A stretch of DNA of 64,000 nucleotides. Origin: a virus. Taxonomy: Duplodnaviria > Caudoviricetes. This document shows, in pieces, positions 1 through 12,200 of the stretch. Positions within the stretch are counted from its first letter, which is position 1. The number at the start of each line of letters is the position of its first letter. The stretch covers positions 32,001 through 96,000 of the IMG/VR virus record IMGVR_UViG_3300021399_000103; one strand, written 5' to 3'. The translations under genes were made by a program, and so were the position numbers. The notes beneath the pieces were generated by a model that made no database searches, was not told the DNA's origin, and saw only the letters and a program-made list of their open reading frames with translations.

Positions 1-1
1 T

Positions 2-367
2 AAGTTTTATAATCCAGGAAAACTTGATATGTTTTTTGCGTTAAAAGTTATTGATTATTATACTAATTTATCTATTACTGAAAAACAGAGAGAAAATTTT
101 ATTAAGTTGTATGATGACTTTATGTCTTCTGGATTCTATACGGAAGTATTTCATGCAATTCCAGAAGATGAAGTTGGATATGTTTATACAGTAATGAAGG
201 AATCAGTAGATCAAATTTATAAATATCAAAATTCTGCTTATGGTATTTTAGATGCTATGAATACAGATTATGATAATTTAAGTTTTGATATTAAGAAATT
301 AACAGATCAACTTGGTAATAAAGAGAATGCACAGTTCTTGGATCAAGTTATGAGCAAACTTGGTTAA
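2..367 (+). CDS. Hypothetical phage protein, 5'-truncated; probable tail assembly chaperone by position
   Basis: Frame is open from position 2 (KFYNPGKLDMFF...) to TAA at 365-367. It lies directly upstream of the tape measure gene. Confidence 0.6.
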   Translation, partial: KFYNPGKLDMFFALKVIDYYTNLSITEKQRENFIKLYDDFMSSGFYTEVFHAIPEDEVGYVYTVMKESVDQIYKYQNSAYGILDAMNTDYDNLSFDIKKLTDQLGNKENAQFLDQVMSKLG

Positions 368-397
368 TCTTATTAAATCTTTTTTGAAATAATAAAG
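352..397 (+). promoter_or_regulatory. Tripartite motif copy 1 (degenerate); putative phage late promoter
   Basis: gagcaa-N6-ttaa-N16-ttgaa-ataataaag, with the same spacing as six other copies. Confidence 0.4.
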
Positions 398-412
398 AAG
401 AATGAATAGTAA

Positions 413-450
413 AACCCTTGTGAGGATTTTCTTCACAAGGGTTATTTTTT
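413..450 (+). terminator. Rho-independent terminator-like hairpin
   Basis: AACCCTTGTGAGGA-ttt-TCTTCACAAGGGTT (one G-U pair) followed by a T-tract. Confidence 0.8.
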
Positions 451-477
451 ATATTGGAGAGAAAGGAGCAGAAAAAT

Positions 478-3400
478 ATGCCAAAACAGTTAAATGTTAA
501 TTTAGCGTTTACCGCAGATACTGCGCAAGCTAAACAGCAGATACAAGAATTGCAACAATCTTTAGCTAAATTATCATCTGAAACTATAAAAAATAATATA
601 GGAACAAAGATGACAGAAGATTTGCATAAATCAGTTACCGCAGCAAGTCAGCTTAAAGATATGCTACAACAAGCGGTTAATCCTAAAACTGGAAACTTAG
701 ATTTGTCTCGTTTTTCTGAGCAATTAAAAGCTAGTGGTAGAGATATTCAAAGTTATGCACAAGATTTAAATAATCTTGGTCCAGAAGGAACTAAAGCATT
801 TATGCAATTAGCTCAATCAGTAGCATCTGCTGAAGTTCCTATGCGTAGAACAAATGCACTTGTAAAAGAGTTTGGAACTACATTAATGAATGCTGCTAGA
901 TGACAATTTTCAAGTAGCATGTTGCATGGATTTATGGGTGCTATTCAAGGTGCTTATGGATATGCGCAAGATTTAAATAGATCTTTAACTGATATTGCTA
1001 TTGTTACTGGAAATTCTGTTGATAATATGGCGGCATTTGCGGATCAGGCAAATAAATCTGCCCAAGCTTTAAGTACAAGCACATTAGCTTATACAGATGC
1101 TGCATTAATTTATTATCAGCAAGGTTTAAATGATGAAGAAGTTCAAGCACGTACTGAAACTACTTTAAAAATGTCTAATGTTACTAGACAATCAGCAGAA
1201 GAAGTTTCAAGTTATATGACTGCTATTTGAAATAACTTTGCAGAAGGTTCAGATAATCTTGAGTTATTTGCTGATAAAATTACAGCGTTGGGAGCAGCAA
1301 CAGCTTCAAGCTCAAAAGAAATCGCTACTGGTTTACAACAATTCGCAGCGTTAGGTAGTTCTTTAGGATTGAATTATGATGATGCAGTTGCAGCGTTAGC
1401 TACGGTAGTTGCGCAAACAAGACAATCAGCTTCAACTGTTGGTAATTCATTTAGAACATTGCTACAAAGATTTGAAAGTTTAAAACTTGGAAAAACTCTT
1501 GAAGATGGCGTTGGTTTAACGAAATATTCTGAAGCATTAGCTAAAGTTGGTGTTCAAGTTCTTGATGTAAATGGTGAAATGCGTGACATGAGTGATGTTA
1601 TTCAAGATCTTGGCGCAAAGTGACAAACTTTAGGTAGAGAGCAACAAAATGCGTTAGCGCAAACAGTTGGTGGCGTTAGAAACTCTAATACATTGATTGC
1701 TTGGATGGATCATTTTGATGAATTTCAAAAAAATTTAGACATTGCGGCGAATGCAGAAGGTGCACTTGAAAAACAAGCTGAAATATATGCAGAATCTTGA
1801 GAAGCTGCACAAAAGCGTGTGCAAGCAGCTTGACAAGCGATATATCAAGATTTAATTGATGATAAATTTTTTATAACTATTCTTAATGGATTTGAAAAAG
1901 TTTTAAAAGGTGTAGATAATCTTATTGATGGAATGGGCGGTTTAAAGGGTGTTTTAGGCGTTGTTGGGGCTTTGATTACCACTGTTTTTGCCGATGGTTT
2001 AGCGAAAGGTATACAAAATGCAGTATATAATTTTAAAGTGTTTACTGGACAAGCACAACAAGATGCAGATGCTTTAGCTGTTCAATTTAAAAATGTTGCT
2101 GATCAAATGGGGCAAGATTTACAGAGTCCTACGGCAACAGCTGAAGTTGGAGTGTTAAAAGATCAGATTGATTTTGCTTTAAAATTAAGACAGGCTAGTG
2201 ATTCAATTACTGAAGCTAATAAACAGCAGTTATTATCTTTAAATGAAATTACCAAGCAATATGGTGCTGCTTATGTTGAAGCGATGAAGTTAAAAGAAGC
2301 AGCTGAAGATCAACGAGCTAACGCTGCAGGAAATGCAAGAGAGTATGCTGCAAATTTAGGAAATACAGTAAAAGAAAAATCTCAAAATAGAGCAAAAGTA
2401 GATTCTGTAATAAACTCTGAAAATTTAGATAAATTAGCAAGTGATTTTACTGCTAAACAAGCAGATTTAGGAAAATGAGCATCTAATCTTGCTGACACTC
2501 AAAATTTTGATGTATGAAAAGATTCTTTATTGCCTAATTTAGAGGCAGAATTTAAAGTAGTTATAGATCAAAGCGCTGAATTGCAGGATGCTTTTGAAAA
2601 TGTAAATAATGTTTTGTCTAATAGTAAATCAACAGATGAGGAAAAGGCTGCTGCATTACAGCAATTAGGAGAGAAATTTAAAGATGTTGCGAATAATAGT
2701 GATTTAGTTAAAGAACATATTGCAGATTCAATGAGTACAGCAGCTGTTGATATAGCTGGTGGACCAGGACAGGCTGCGAATGAATTAGCACAAAAGATGA
2801 AGGATGCAGCTAATGCTCATTTTGAATTAAAGGCAGCATCAGAACAAGCTGATAATGCACAAATAAATTATAATGAACGTTTAAGATTAGCAAAAGAAGA
2901 ATTCGAAAAATTAAAGGGCAAAGTGGATGAATATTCTACCTGTCTCGTAACTTGTGCAAGAGGAATATCTCAATTATGAACTGCCTTTAATTCTTTGGGA
3001 AAGGTTTTAGATACTTTAAATGATAAAGATTTAACCTGAGCTGAGAAAATAAGAACTATGATACCATCTTTAACAATGGGAATTCCTACATTGATTTCTG
3101 GAATTACTACTTTAGGTGGAGCATTTGCTTCTTTAGGATGGGCCGCAGAAGGAGCTACCGCTTCTTCAATGACATTCATGACGGCATTAACAGCAACACC
3201 TTTAGGTCCTATTTTACTCGCGTTAGGTGCGCTTGCTGGAGCCTGATATGCATTTGATAAAATTGTTTATACTAGTGAAGAAAGATTGGCTGATTCAAAT
3301 AAAAAGCTTGAAGAAGCTAATGAGGCTTTAAGTAAAGCTGAAGAGGCAGCACAAAAAACAAATGATGCTTATCAAAAATTAGTAGATACTTTAGATGGAT

Positions 3401-6400
3401 TTGATTCAAAAAAAGATGCTATTAATCAATTAATTGAAGGAACCACAGAATGAAAAGAGGCTATTGCTGATTCTAACTCAGAGTTATTAGCAGCATTAGA
3501 AATGTCTGGTCAATTAAGTCAAGCGAAATTATCTTATGGTAAAGGTGGATTAATAAGTGTTGATAATGCAGATGAATTAAAATCAAATGCTCGTTCTGAT
3601 AATATTGCGGCTGATATAGGGGTTGCGCTATCTAGAATAAATGTTTCAAATGAAGAGAGTAATCATGCGTTAATAGAAGCAGTAAATGAAATAAGAAATT
3701 TAAATGATCATGAAGCGTATCAACGTGGGGATATTTCTTATGACCAATTAATAGATTATAATAAAACTATTGGTAGACAATCAGATGAAGAATTATTAAA
3801 TACAGTCAAAGATTGAGCGCAACAAATTGTTGACAATGGATACGCAGGTCAAGATTTAACTAGAGAACTTATTGAAGATAGCAACGGTCAATTGGCTTTT
3901 TTAGAAGAAATTAAAGACAGAAAAGATGTTCTTCAAGCAATTCAAAAAGCTGCTGATCAAATAGCTGGTGCTGATAAAGAATCAGATGCTTATAAAAAAG
4001 AAGTTGGGCGAATGGCTGCAGATTCAGCCGGATATGATACGTCAGGAATGTCTGGTTCAGCTTTAGAAAATTTTTATTTAAAATTATATGAAAACCTACA
4101 ATCTCAAGCTCAAACTGAATGGGAGGGGATGGATCAAAATCAGCAATTAAAATATTTTGCTGAAGGATCTGGTGGTCAATATAAATATGATGAAGCTACT
4201 AGTGAATTAATAGAAACTGCATCTAGTAAAATTGTTGAAAGTTCTGAAATTGCTCAAAGTGAAATTAAAACTCTTGGACAGGCAGCTTTGATTGAAGAAA
4301 AGGCGAGTGCTGCTGAAGCTCAAGACTTAATAAAATATGAGACAGAGTCAATAAAAAAACAACAGCAAGATCTTTATTCTAAAGTTAGTAATAATTTTGG
4401 TGACCAACTGACAATAGAAAATGCATCTACTTATTCAGATAAAATGGATCAATGATCTAGTGAGCAGATGAATTTTGCAATTCAAACAGATATGTCTCAG
4501 TTTGAAACAATCGAAGAATTTATTAAATATGTTGAAGATGCATGTAAAGAAGAGCATCATATTGATTTTGAAGTTAATGCAGATGATTTAGTTAATTTTA
4601 AAGGAAAAACAGAAGATCTTAAAGCTGAGGTCGATACTTTATCTCATTTTTTACAAAATAATATAGATAAATTTCAAGATTTGAGCGAGCATATTGTAGA
4701 ATGTAAAGAGGCCGCTGATAAAGTAGCTTATTCATTTTTAAGATTTGATGATGCTATGCAAGATGTTTCTAAAAATTATAAAAAATGGAAAAAAGCTCTA
4801 GATAGTGGAGATGTTATAGAAATGAATAATGCTGTTCAGGATTTAAAGAAAACATACGGGAATTTATTGGACATGGATGGATCGCAATTATCCGATGATT
4901 TTCTACGAGATTCAAAAAATTTAGATTTAATGAATACAGTATTAACAGGAACAGAAGAAGAGGCTATAGCGGCATATGAAGAATTACAAAAAATAGCTTT
5001 TATGGATTTGGGAGAAAATTTAATTCCAAATCTTGATGAAAGTAAATGAGAAGAAGCTTATAATACAGTTACAGATGTTGTGGATAGATTAAACTTAAAA
5101 TTAGGTGATCCTTTGACTCCAATGAATGGTGTTGATTATACAAATACTGTTAATTCATTAAATGAAATGTTGGCAGCCGTTGGAGATGATATAGATGCAG
5201 CAAATGCTATCATGGCAGCATCTGGCTGATCAGGAGAATTAACAGATCAACCAGTAGATGTTGAAGAGCCTGATTTTAAAGAAGATGTAAATGTTGATGT
5301 AGTTGAAAAAGATATTCCATATGAAGGTGTTCATGTTGAAACTACAGATACTGATTTTACTCCAAGCACAACTGGAACTGTAAATGGTACCGCTTCAGAA
5401 GTTCATTTTTCAAAAGGTGCGCAGACAACGACTCAAAATAAAAAAACTGCTCATGTTCAAGCATATCAAATAAAATCAGATTCAGCACTTCATTATACTG
5501 GAGGAGCTGCCCCAAAAATAAAAAGCATGCCAGCACGAAACCTTGGATCTGGAAATGGCGGTAAAAAAGGCGGAGGCTGTTTTGCTTCTGGAACTTTAAT
5601 TACTACAAATCATAATTATAAAAATATTGAAGATGTCAAAATTGGAGACATTGTTTTATCGTATAATGAAAAAACTAAAAAGAATGAATATAGTAAGGTT
5701 CTTCAAACTATGATTCATAATGTATATGAAAAAATCTATAGTTTATTTGTTAAAAACGATAAACTTAAAGTCACTGGCAACCATAGATTTTTGGTAATTC
5801 ATAATAATGAACAAAAATGAATTGAAGCTGCTGATTTACAAGTTGGTGATTTAGTATTATTTGCTAATGGTTCATTACATCAAATTTCTAAAATTGATAC
5901 GCAATTAAGGTTTATGACCGTATACAATTTTGAAGTTTCTAATACTCATAATTATTATGTTGGAGAAAATCAAATATTAGCACATAATAAAGGCAAGAGT
6001 GGTAGCTCTAAAGAAAAAAAGAAAAAAGTAGAAAAGCCAAAAGAGAAGAAAGAAAATATTAAAGAAAAAGATCGTTATCACAATATTAAAGAAGCTATTG
6101 AAGATTTAAATACTGAAATGGATAGACTTAATAAAAATAAAGATCGAGCTTATGGTAAGCAACGTCTTAAATATATGGATGACGAAATTAAAAAGACTAA
6201 AGATCAAATTGGTTTGACTAAAAAATATATTGCAGAAATAAAGAATTATTCAAAAGTAGATAGAAAAAATCTTGAAGATGCGTTAGGTAAAGGTTGGACA
6301 GATATTAATACAGGAGAATTGGTTGGTGGTCTTGGTCTTTCTGATGAAGAGATTAAAAGTGCCTTTGATGAAAAAGGCATTTTGAAAGATTATGAAAGTT

Positions 6401-9135
6401 TGTTTAATAAGATTCAAGATAAATTTGATCAAACTGCTACTAAAGCTTATAATGCAGCTGTTGATGAATATAATAAAGCTAAAGATGTATTTAATGTTAG
6501 CGATCAGGGTGATGCAGCGACAGAAGTTTGAGAAAAAGCAAAAGAAAAATTTGAACAAGCCGAAGAGGCTTATGATAAGCAAAAAGAAAACTATGATAAG
6601 CAATTAAAATATTTAAATCAATATGAAGATACAATGAATTTAATGCAAGAAAAAGAACAAGAATTGCTAGATCAACAAAATTCATTATTTGATAAAGCAT
6701 TGGAATTAGTATCGAAAAAAATTGAATTAAAAATAAGCATTGCTGATAATGAACAAAAATATCTTGAATGAGTTTATGATAATATAGGTGATAGCGCAGA
6801 TAGAGCTGCAGATAGAATTGCAAATCTTGGTAAACAAGCACAATCATCAGCGAAAAAAGTTCAAGCTAACGCAGAAGGCTTGCGTGACATGCTTTCTAAA
6901 GTCACAGAATCTTATAAAGGTCAAGTTGATTTTAGTGATATTAATATGACATTAGATATTAATGATCCAAAAGCAATGCTAACAACTATAAATCAGGTTA
7001 TTGAAAAAATGCAATCTAAGGGTTTAGAAGCGCCTGTTGAAGATATTGTAAATTTAATGAATGGTTATAGAGATGCTCTTATGGAAGAGTACAATAACCT
7101 TCGTGATATCAATGAGCAAGTAACTGAAAATATGGTTGATGCTTTTGAAGATATGATGGATAGCTTGAATGAGAATCTTGATAAGAATGATGGTTTCCAG
7201 AGTTTAATGGATCATTATAAAGAGATTCGTGATTTATTAGGTCAAGAGCAATTAGGATTATCTGATGAAGAAATGCGCAAATGAGACCAACAAATGCTTG
7301 ACATTAAACGCGACGCAGCGCAAGTAGCGCAAGCTAATTATATAGCAGCGCATGATGCAGCTGAAAGAGCACGTAAAGAATATGAAGAAGCAATTAAATC
7401 TGGTAATCAGTTTAGAATTGATCGTGCTAAAGAAGTTTTAAAGACAACTGAAGAAGCTGAAAAGGCAGCGCAAGACGAAGCCTTAACAAGATTAGAAGAA
7501 ACTTTACAAAAAGCCAAAGAGATGTATGAACAAGCATTGGAAGATAATGAAAAAGCTTATCAGAGATCTCTTGGTGGCGGTATTTTACCAACGCTTGATA
7601 AACTTCAAGATCAATTCGATATGCAAAAAGAAATTAATGATTTGCATTTAGATGATTATGAGAAGTATAAAAAACTTGGTGATTTACAAGCCAATATTAA
7701 TAAACAGTTAGCAAATAATCCTAATGTAAAAGTCCAAGGTAAATTAAAAGACTTGATGGATGATGTTAATGATAAAATGGCTGCTGGTGCTGAAATATCA
7801 GAAGGTGAAGCAACTATTCTTGAAAAGCGTTTACAGTTATTACAAGCTGAAGACCAGTTAATGGCAGCGCGTAATGCCAAGAGCGCGGTAAGAATGACTC
7901 GTGATAATGAGGGTAATTTCAGTTATACTTATACCGCAGATACGTCAAAGATAGAAGAAGCGCAACAGAATTATGCGGATAAGTTCTATGATCTATTGGA
8001 TTATGAACGTCAATATTCTGAAGATACTCAAGCTGCGATTTTACAATCTTATAAAGAATTCTTGGATAAGAGAAATGATATTATTAACGATGAGTCATTA
8101 ACGCAATCTGAAAAAGAAGCTTTATTACGTCAGTTAGAAAAGGATATGAAAGCTAAGGTTGAATTCTATACCAATGAAATGGAAATGGTTACTGGTGAAA
8201 TGGGTAGACTAAGAGACGAAGATTGGGCTGATATGGAAAAGACTCTTGGTAGAATGCTTGCGGCGCCAGATGATTTTGAAACTAAATTTGAAGATACGAC
8301 TCTTGGCAAAATGGCTCCAGCTTGAAAAGATGCAAAAGATGGATTAGAGGGCTTTGTAAACGCGGCAAAAACATTAACAGATGCTGATTTAGGTGCTTAT
8401 GGTAAATGGATTCAAGAAAATGAAATAAGTATGCAAAATGTTGGTTCATCAACCGCTGAATATGGAGAAAAATTAAGTAGTATATATGACGGTTTAAAAA
8501 CAAAGAGTACTGAAGCTAAAGATGCAGCTAAAGGTATGGCAGATCAAATGCAAGAAGACTTTCCGAAGATTCTTGAACAAGGTAGAGAATTTGATGAAAA
8601 ATTTAGTGGATATTTATCAAATATCACTACAAATTTAGAGAATGTTGTTAAAGCTATTAATGATGTTACTGCAGCACTATCGGGCGTTGATAAGAAATGA
8701 AATTTGCAAGATTTATTAAGTCAAGCTCTTGGAAAGAACGCAAATTCTAAAGATTCTGAAATTTTAGACGAAGATCCAACAGCTGGATTTGATACTGGTG
8801 GCTATACTGGAAAATGAGGTAGTACTAATGGAAAACTTGCTGTACTACATCAAAAAGAAATTGTATTGAATGAAGATGATACAAGCAATATGTTAAAAGC
8901 TGTTGATATTGTTAGGAGCATATCTAATGCTATTAATTTAAATAATGCTATTAATCCTAATATGTTTAGTAATATAATTGATTATAGTAAACTTGCGGCG
9001 GCCGGTACTACCGATCTACAACAGCAAGTTCATATTGAGGCATCATTCCCGAATGTGCAATCACATAGTGAAATTGAATTAGCATTTAATAATTTAATTA
9101 ATTCAGCAAGTCAGTATGTTAATAGAAAAAGATAA
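478..9135 (+). CDS. Tail tape measure protein, 2885 aa with TGA=Trp, containing an internal HINT domain
   Basis: RBS gaaaggag precedes ATG 478. Sixteen track fragments share one frame and join across TGA. The N-terminal core resembles TP901-type tape measure proteins (LTDIAIVTG, TVGNSFRTLLQR, YAES[W]EAA). A hydrophobic stretch lies at about 3058-3250, followed by long coiled coils and a C-terminal GFDTGGYTGK[W]G..LHQKEIVLN motif. Confidence 0.9.
5578..5988 (+). other. HINT (intein-like/BIL-type) domain, 137 aa, in frame within the tape measure protein
   Basis: Begins CFASGTLI and contains KNIEDVKIGDIVLS, VTGNHRF (block B TxxH), [W]IEAADLQVGD and VYNFEVSNTHNYYV. It ends ILAHN followed by Lys. 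There is no endonuclease insert. Confidence 0.92.
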
Positions 9136-9140
9136 TTTTA

Positions 9141-9177
9141 AAGGAAGGTAGGAAATACCTTCCTTTTATTTTTTTTT
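9141..9177 (+). terminator. Rho-independent terminator
   Basis: AAGGAAGGTA-ggaaa-TACCTTCCTT plus a T-tract, immediately after the tape measure stop. Confidence 0.85.
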
Positions 9178-9223
9178 GGTCAATTAAAGATAATTAAAAA
9201 TATAAGAAGTTTAATTATAAAGA
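9178..9223 (+). promoter_or_regulatory. Tripartite motif copy 2; putative phage late promoter
   Basis: ggtcaa-N6-ataa-N16-tttaa-ttataagag, between the terminator and the RBS of the next gene. Confidence 0.55.
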
Positions 9224-9249
9224 GATATAAGAGAAAAAGGAGGAAGGAT

Positions 9250-12200
9250 ATGGCAGATTTAAATGCGAATAAAGTCGATGATATGCTTGAAGCGTTAAAT
9301 AGAGCTATTGAAATTCACACTAAGAATGCGGTGCAGGGATTACCGTATAACAAAAGTGAATTAGTTGAGATTGTCGATATTACTGAACGTAATCTGGGTA
9401 AGTATATCGTATGGAACGGCTCCGCAAGATATCAAGCTTTTTCTGAAAACACAGCCTATGAAATGGGAACAAAAGTTTATGTCAATATCCCGAATGATGA
9501 TTTTAAGGAACAAAAACATATTATTGGCCCGTATGTAGCAGATGGCGAAAGCGCGGTTTTTTATAGGAATCCATTAACAGATTTTCAGCCATTAACTGGA
9601 AATATCTTACAAGATAAGAAAGTTGGTGAAAAGAAAAATGGATATGATACTACGTATGGGTTAGTAGCTAATTATAATAAACAACCTTATTATAAAGTAG
9701 ATATTACTGAAGCAGACTATGAGTCAAATAAATACTTTATTAAAAATGAGAATGGTGAATATAAATTATGCGATGACGCAGAATTTGACGAAGAAAAGTT
9801 TTACTATTTATATGATGATAAAAAAAGTCAGGTTGTTGAAATATATCGAGCGCCAGACTTAAGTAGACCTTTTAAGTTAGAAAAACCTTCAGACCCAAAT
9901 TCAAAAGTATCATTAGACTTAGAGACACCGAGTTATCAAGGTTATAAATATATAGGCATTTCCGCAGAGTTTAAAACTTTATTAAATACATTCTCACCAA
10001 TAGCAGGAGATTATGGTATTGTTGTAACTATATGACATGCTGTAAAATATGATGTACAAGAAGACGCAGCTATTGAAAAACGAGATTATTTTTTAAGTGT
10101 TAAAGATATGATTGGAAACGTGTATAATTTTAATACATATTTCAAACAAGCTGTTTTATATGATATTTCTGCTTTTGGAGAAGTTCAAAGTATAATCGTT
10201 GGTTTTTATCAAAGAGGTAATTTTATTATGAGTAATAATAAAGAAGTACCTACTCATTATACTTTAAATGGAGATAGCCATCTTTTATCAGACAATATTT
10301 TGGTAAGAAATGTATCTGTTACTTTTGGTGATGATTTAATGGAACATAATGATAGGGCTATAATCTTTACTCGTAATGGAACCACTTATGATCCTGTACA
10401 AAAAGATATTCTTAATACTAAAACTATTGAGCTACGTTGAACCCATTTAAATTCTACTTCAGATGAATTTGAAAATTTGGATAGTTCCAAAGCAAGTTCT
10501 CAATGTGGTAATTATAAAATTCATTGATATGAAGATTCTATTCACGATAGAACTGATTATATTGCTTCAGTTCAAGCAGAAAGCGAAAATGTTGAAGTTA
10601 AAATGAAAGCATATAAAACTTGAGATGCTGTAGAAAGAAATGGGACTAGTACGGATGAGCAAATACAAGAAGCAAGAATTAATTTAATTAATACCTTTAA
10701 TTTAAAACAGGGCGTTGATTATCAATTTGATACTATGAATCCAGATAATCCTGTATTTATTGGAAAAATTGAGGAACGAATTAATCAAGTTATATCTAAC
10801 GCAAAAAATGCGTCAAACGTAAGTTCTTCAATAGCTGGTGATACATTAGCTGGGAGTGGATGAAAACCAATAGATGTTGCTAATACTGAGTGAAGTATAG
10901 ATTTTATTCCTAATTATAAACGTTCATATTCTAAGGTTATGGCTATCATAGAATATGATGAGGGTGATACTAAACACAAAATTAAATCTAATATATTACA
11001 ATTTGATAATTTAAGAATTACATCTAATTCTTTGTCTGATGATAAAGCGAGTGCTTTAAGAATTGGATTCAGCGATGGCACGGATGGAGATTATCCTATT
11101 TATAATGGAACTACTGGTGAATTATTAAGTAGAGAAGATGTAACTCGTGATCGTAAATTTCAAGCAACATGTAAATCATTGATTGATGATAAAGATTATT
11201 TAAATGGTAACGAAACTATAATTTGACAAATACCTAAAACTGGATCAATGATTTTAATGAATCAAACATTCTTAGAAGAAAATGGTTCAACTTTATTAGA
11301 TTCGACTGCGGATGAATTTAAATCATTTATTGGTACGTTGGATTATGATGCAAAATATTATTATATTAAACGCAGTGTTAGTGATTCACCAAATCCAGTT
11401 AATAGTAAACAAACATATCAGATTGCGCCATATTATAATAAGGCTAATACTAATAACACTATTTACTGCTATATAATTAAAAATAGTGATATATTTAAAA
11501 GTTCTGCTACATTAACTTTTGGTCAGCATGGAACATCTGGAACCGATTATACATTTAGTCTTGGGTTTATCCAGAAAATAGCTCCTAAAAAAGATGAAAA
11601 TAATAATATTATAAAAGATGGTAATGGTAATGAACTTTGAGGAGAAGTTATTGGGCAAGGTGATACAGCTTTAACTATTGGTGATGAGAATTATTTGGAA
11701 ATTGGGTTTGATTTATTTAATTCTAAAAACGAAAAAATAGATTTGACACCAGAGCAAAAAAATGCTATAATTAAATTATGAGTTGATAAAAAGGACTCAG
11801 AAAATAAAACAAGTATTGATGGTTTCTATTCTGGATTAAGTTTAGATGAAGATGATAATGTTGTTGGTAATGCTACTCATTTAGATTTTATCACAACAAA
11901 AAATGGTAATAATTACGATAGAGTTGCTGTAAAAACCAATAAAAATGATATTAATAATTTGCGATATATTGTTTTGCAAGCAGCGGTAACTAATAAAAAT
12001 GTTCAGACTGATGAATCTACATTAAAAGCAGTTAAATTTGTTCAATTGTTGCCTGTTCATGTTAGAGCAGCTGGAACTGATTGAGTGTTAAGAGGTTCTG
12101 ATTATATTGTTTATGATGATAAAGGTGCTAATCCTAGCTGTTATAATGATTATTATCAATTAATTGGTTCTAAAGGCGTAAAAAGAACAGGTTTTGAAAT

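Noticed and set aside
454-477. TTG start at 454 for the tape measure gene
   Set aside because: The RBS gaaaggag at 461-468 points to ATG 478.
5578-5988. Canonical mobile splicing intein
   Set aside because: There is no homing endonuclease, the +1 residue is Lys, and the insertion site is a low-complexity linker rather than a conserved active site.
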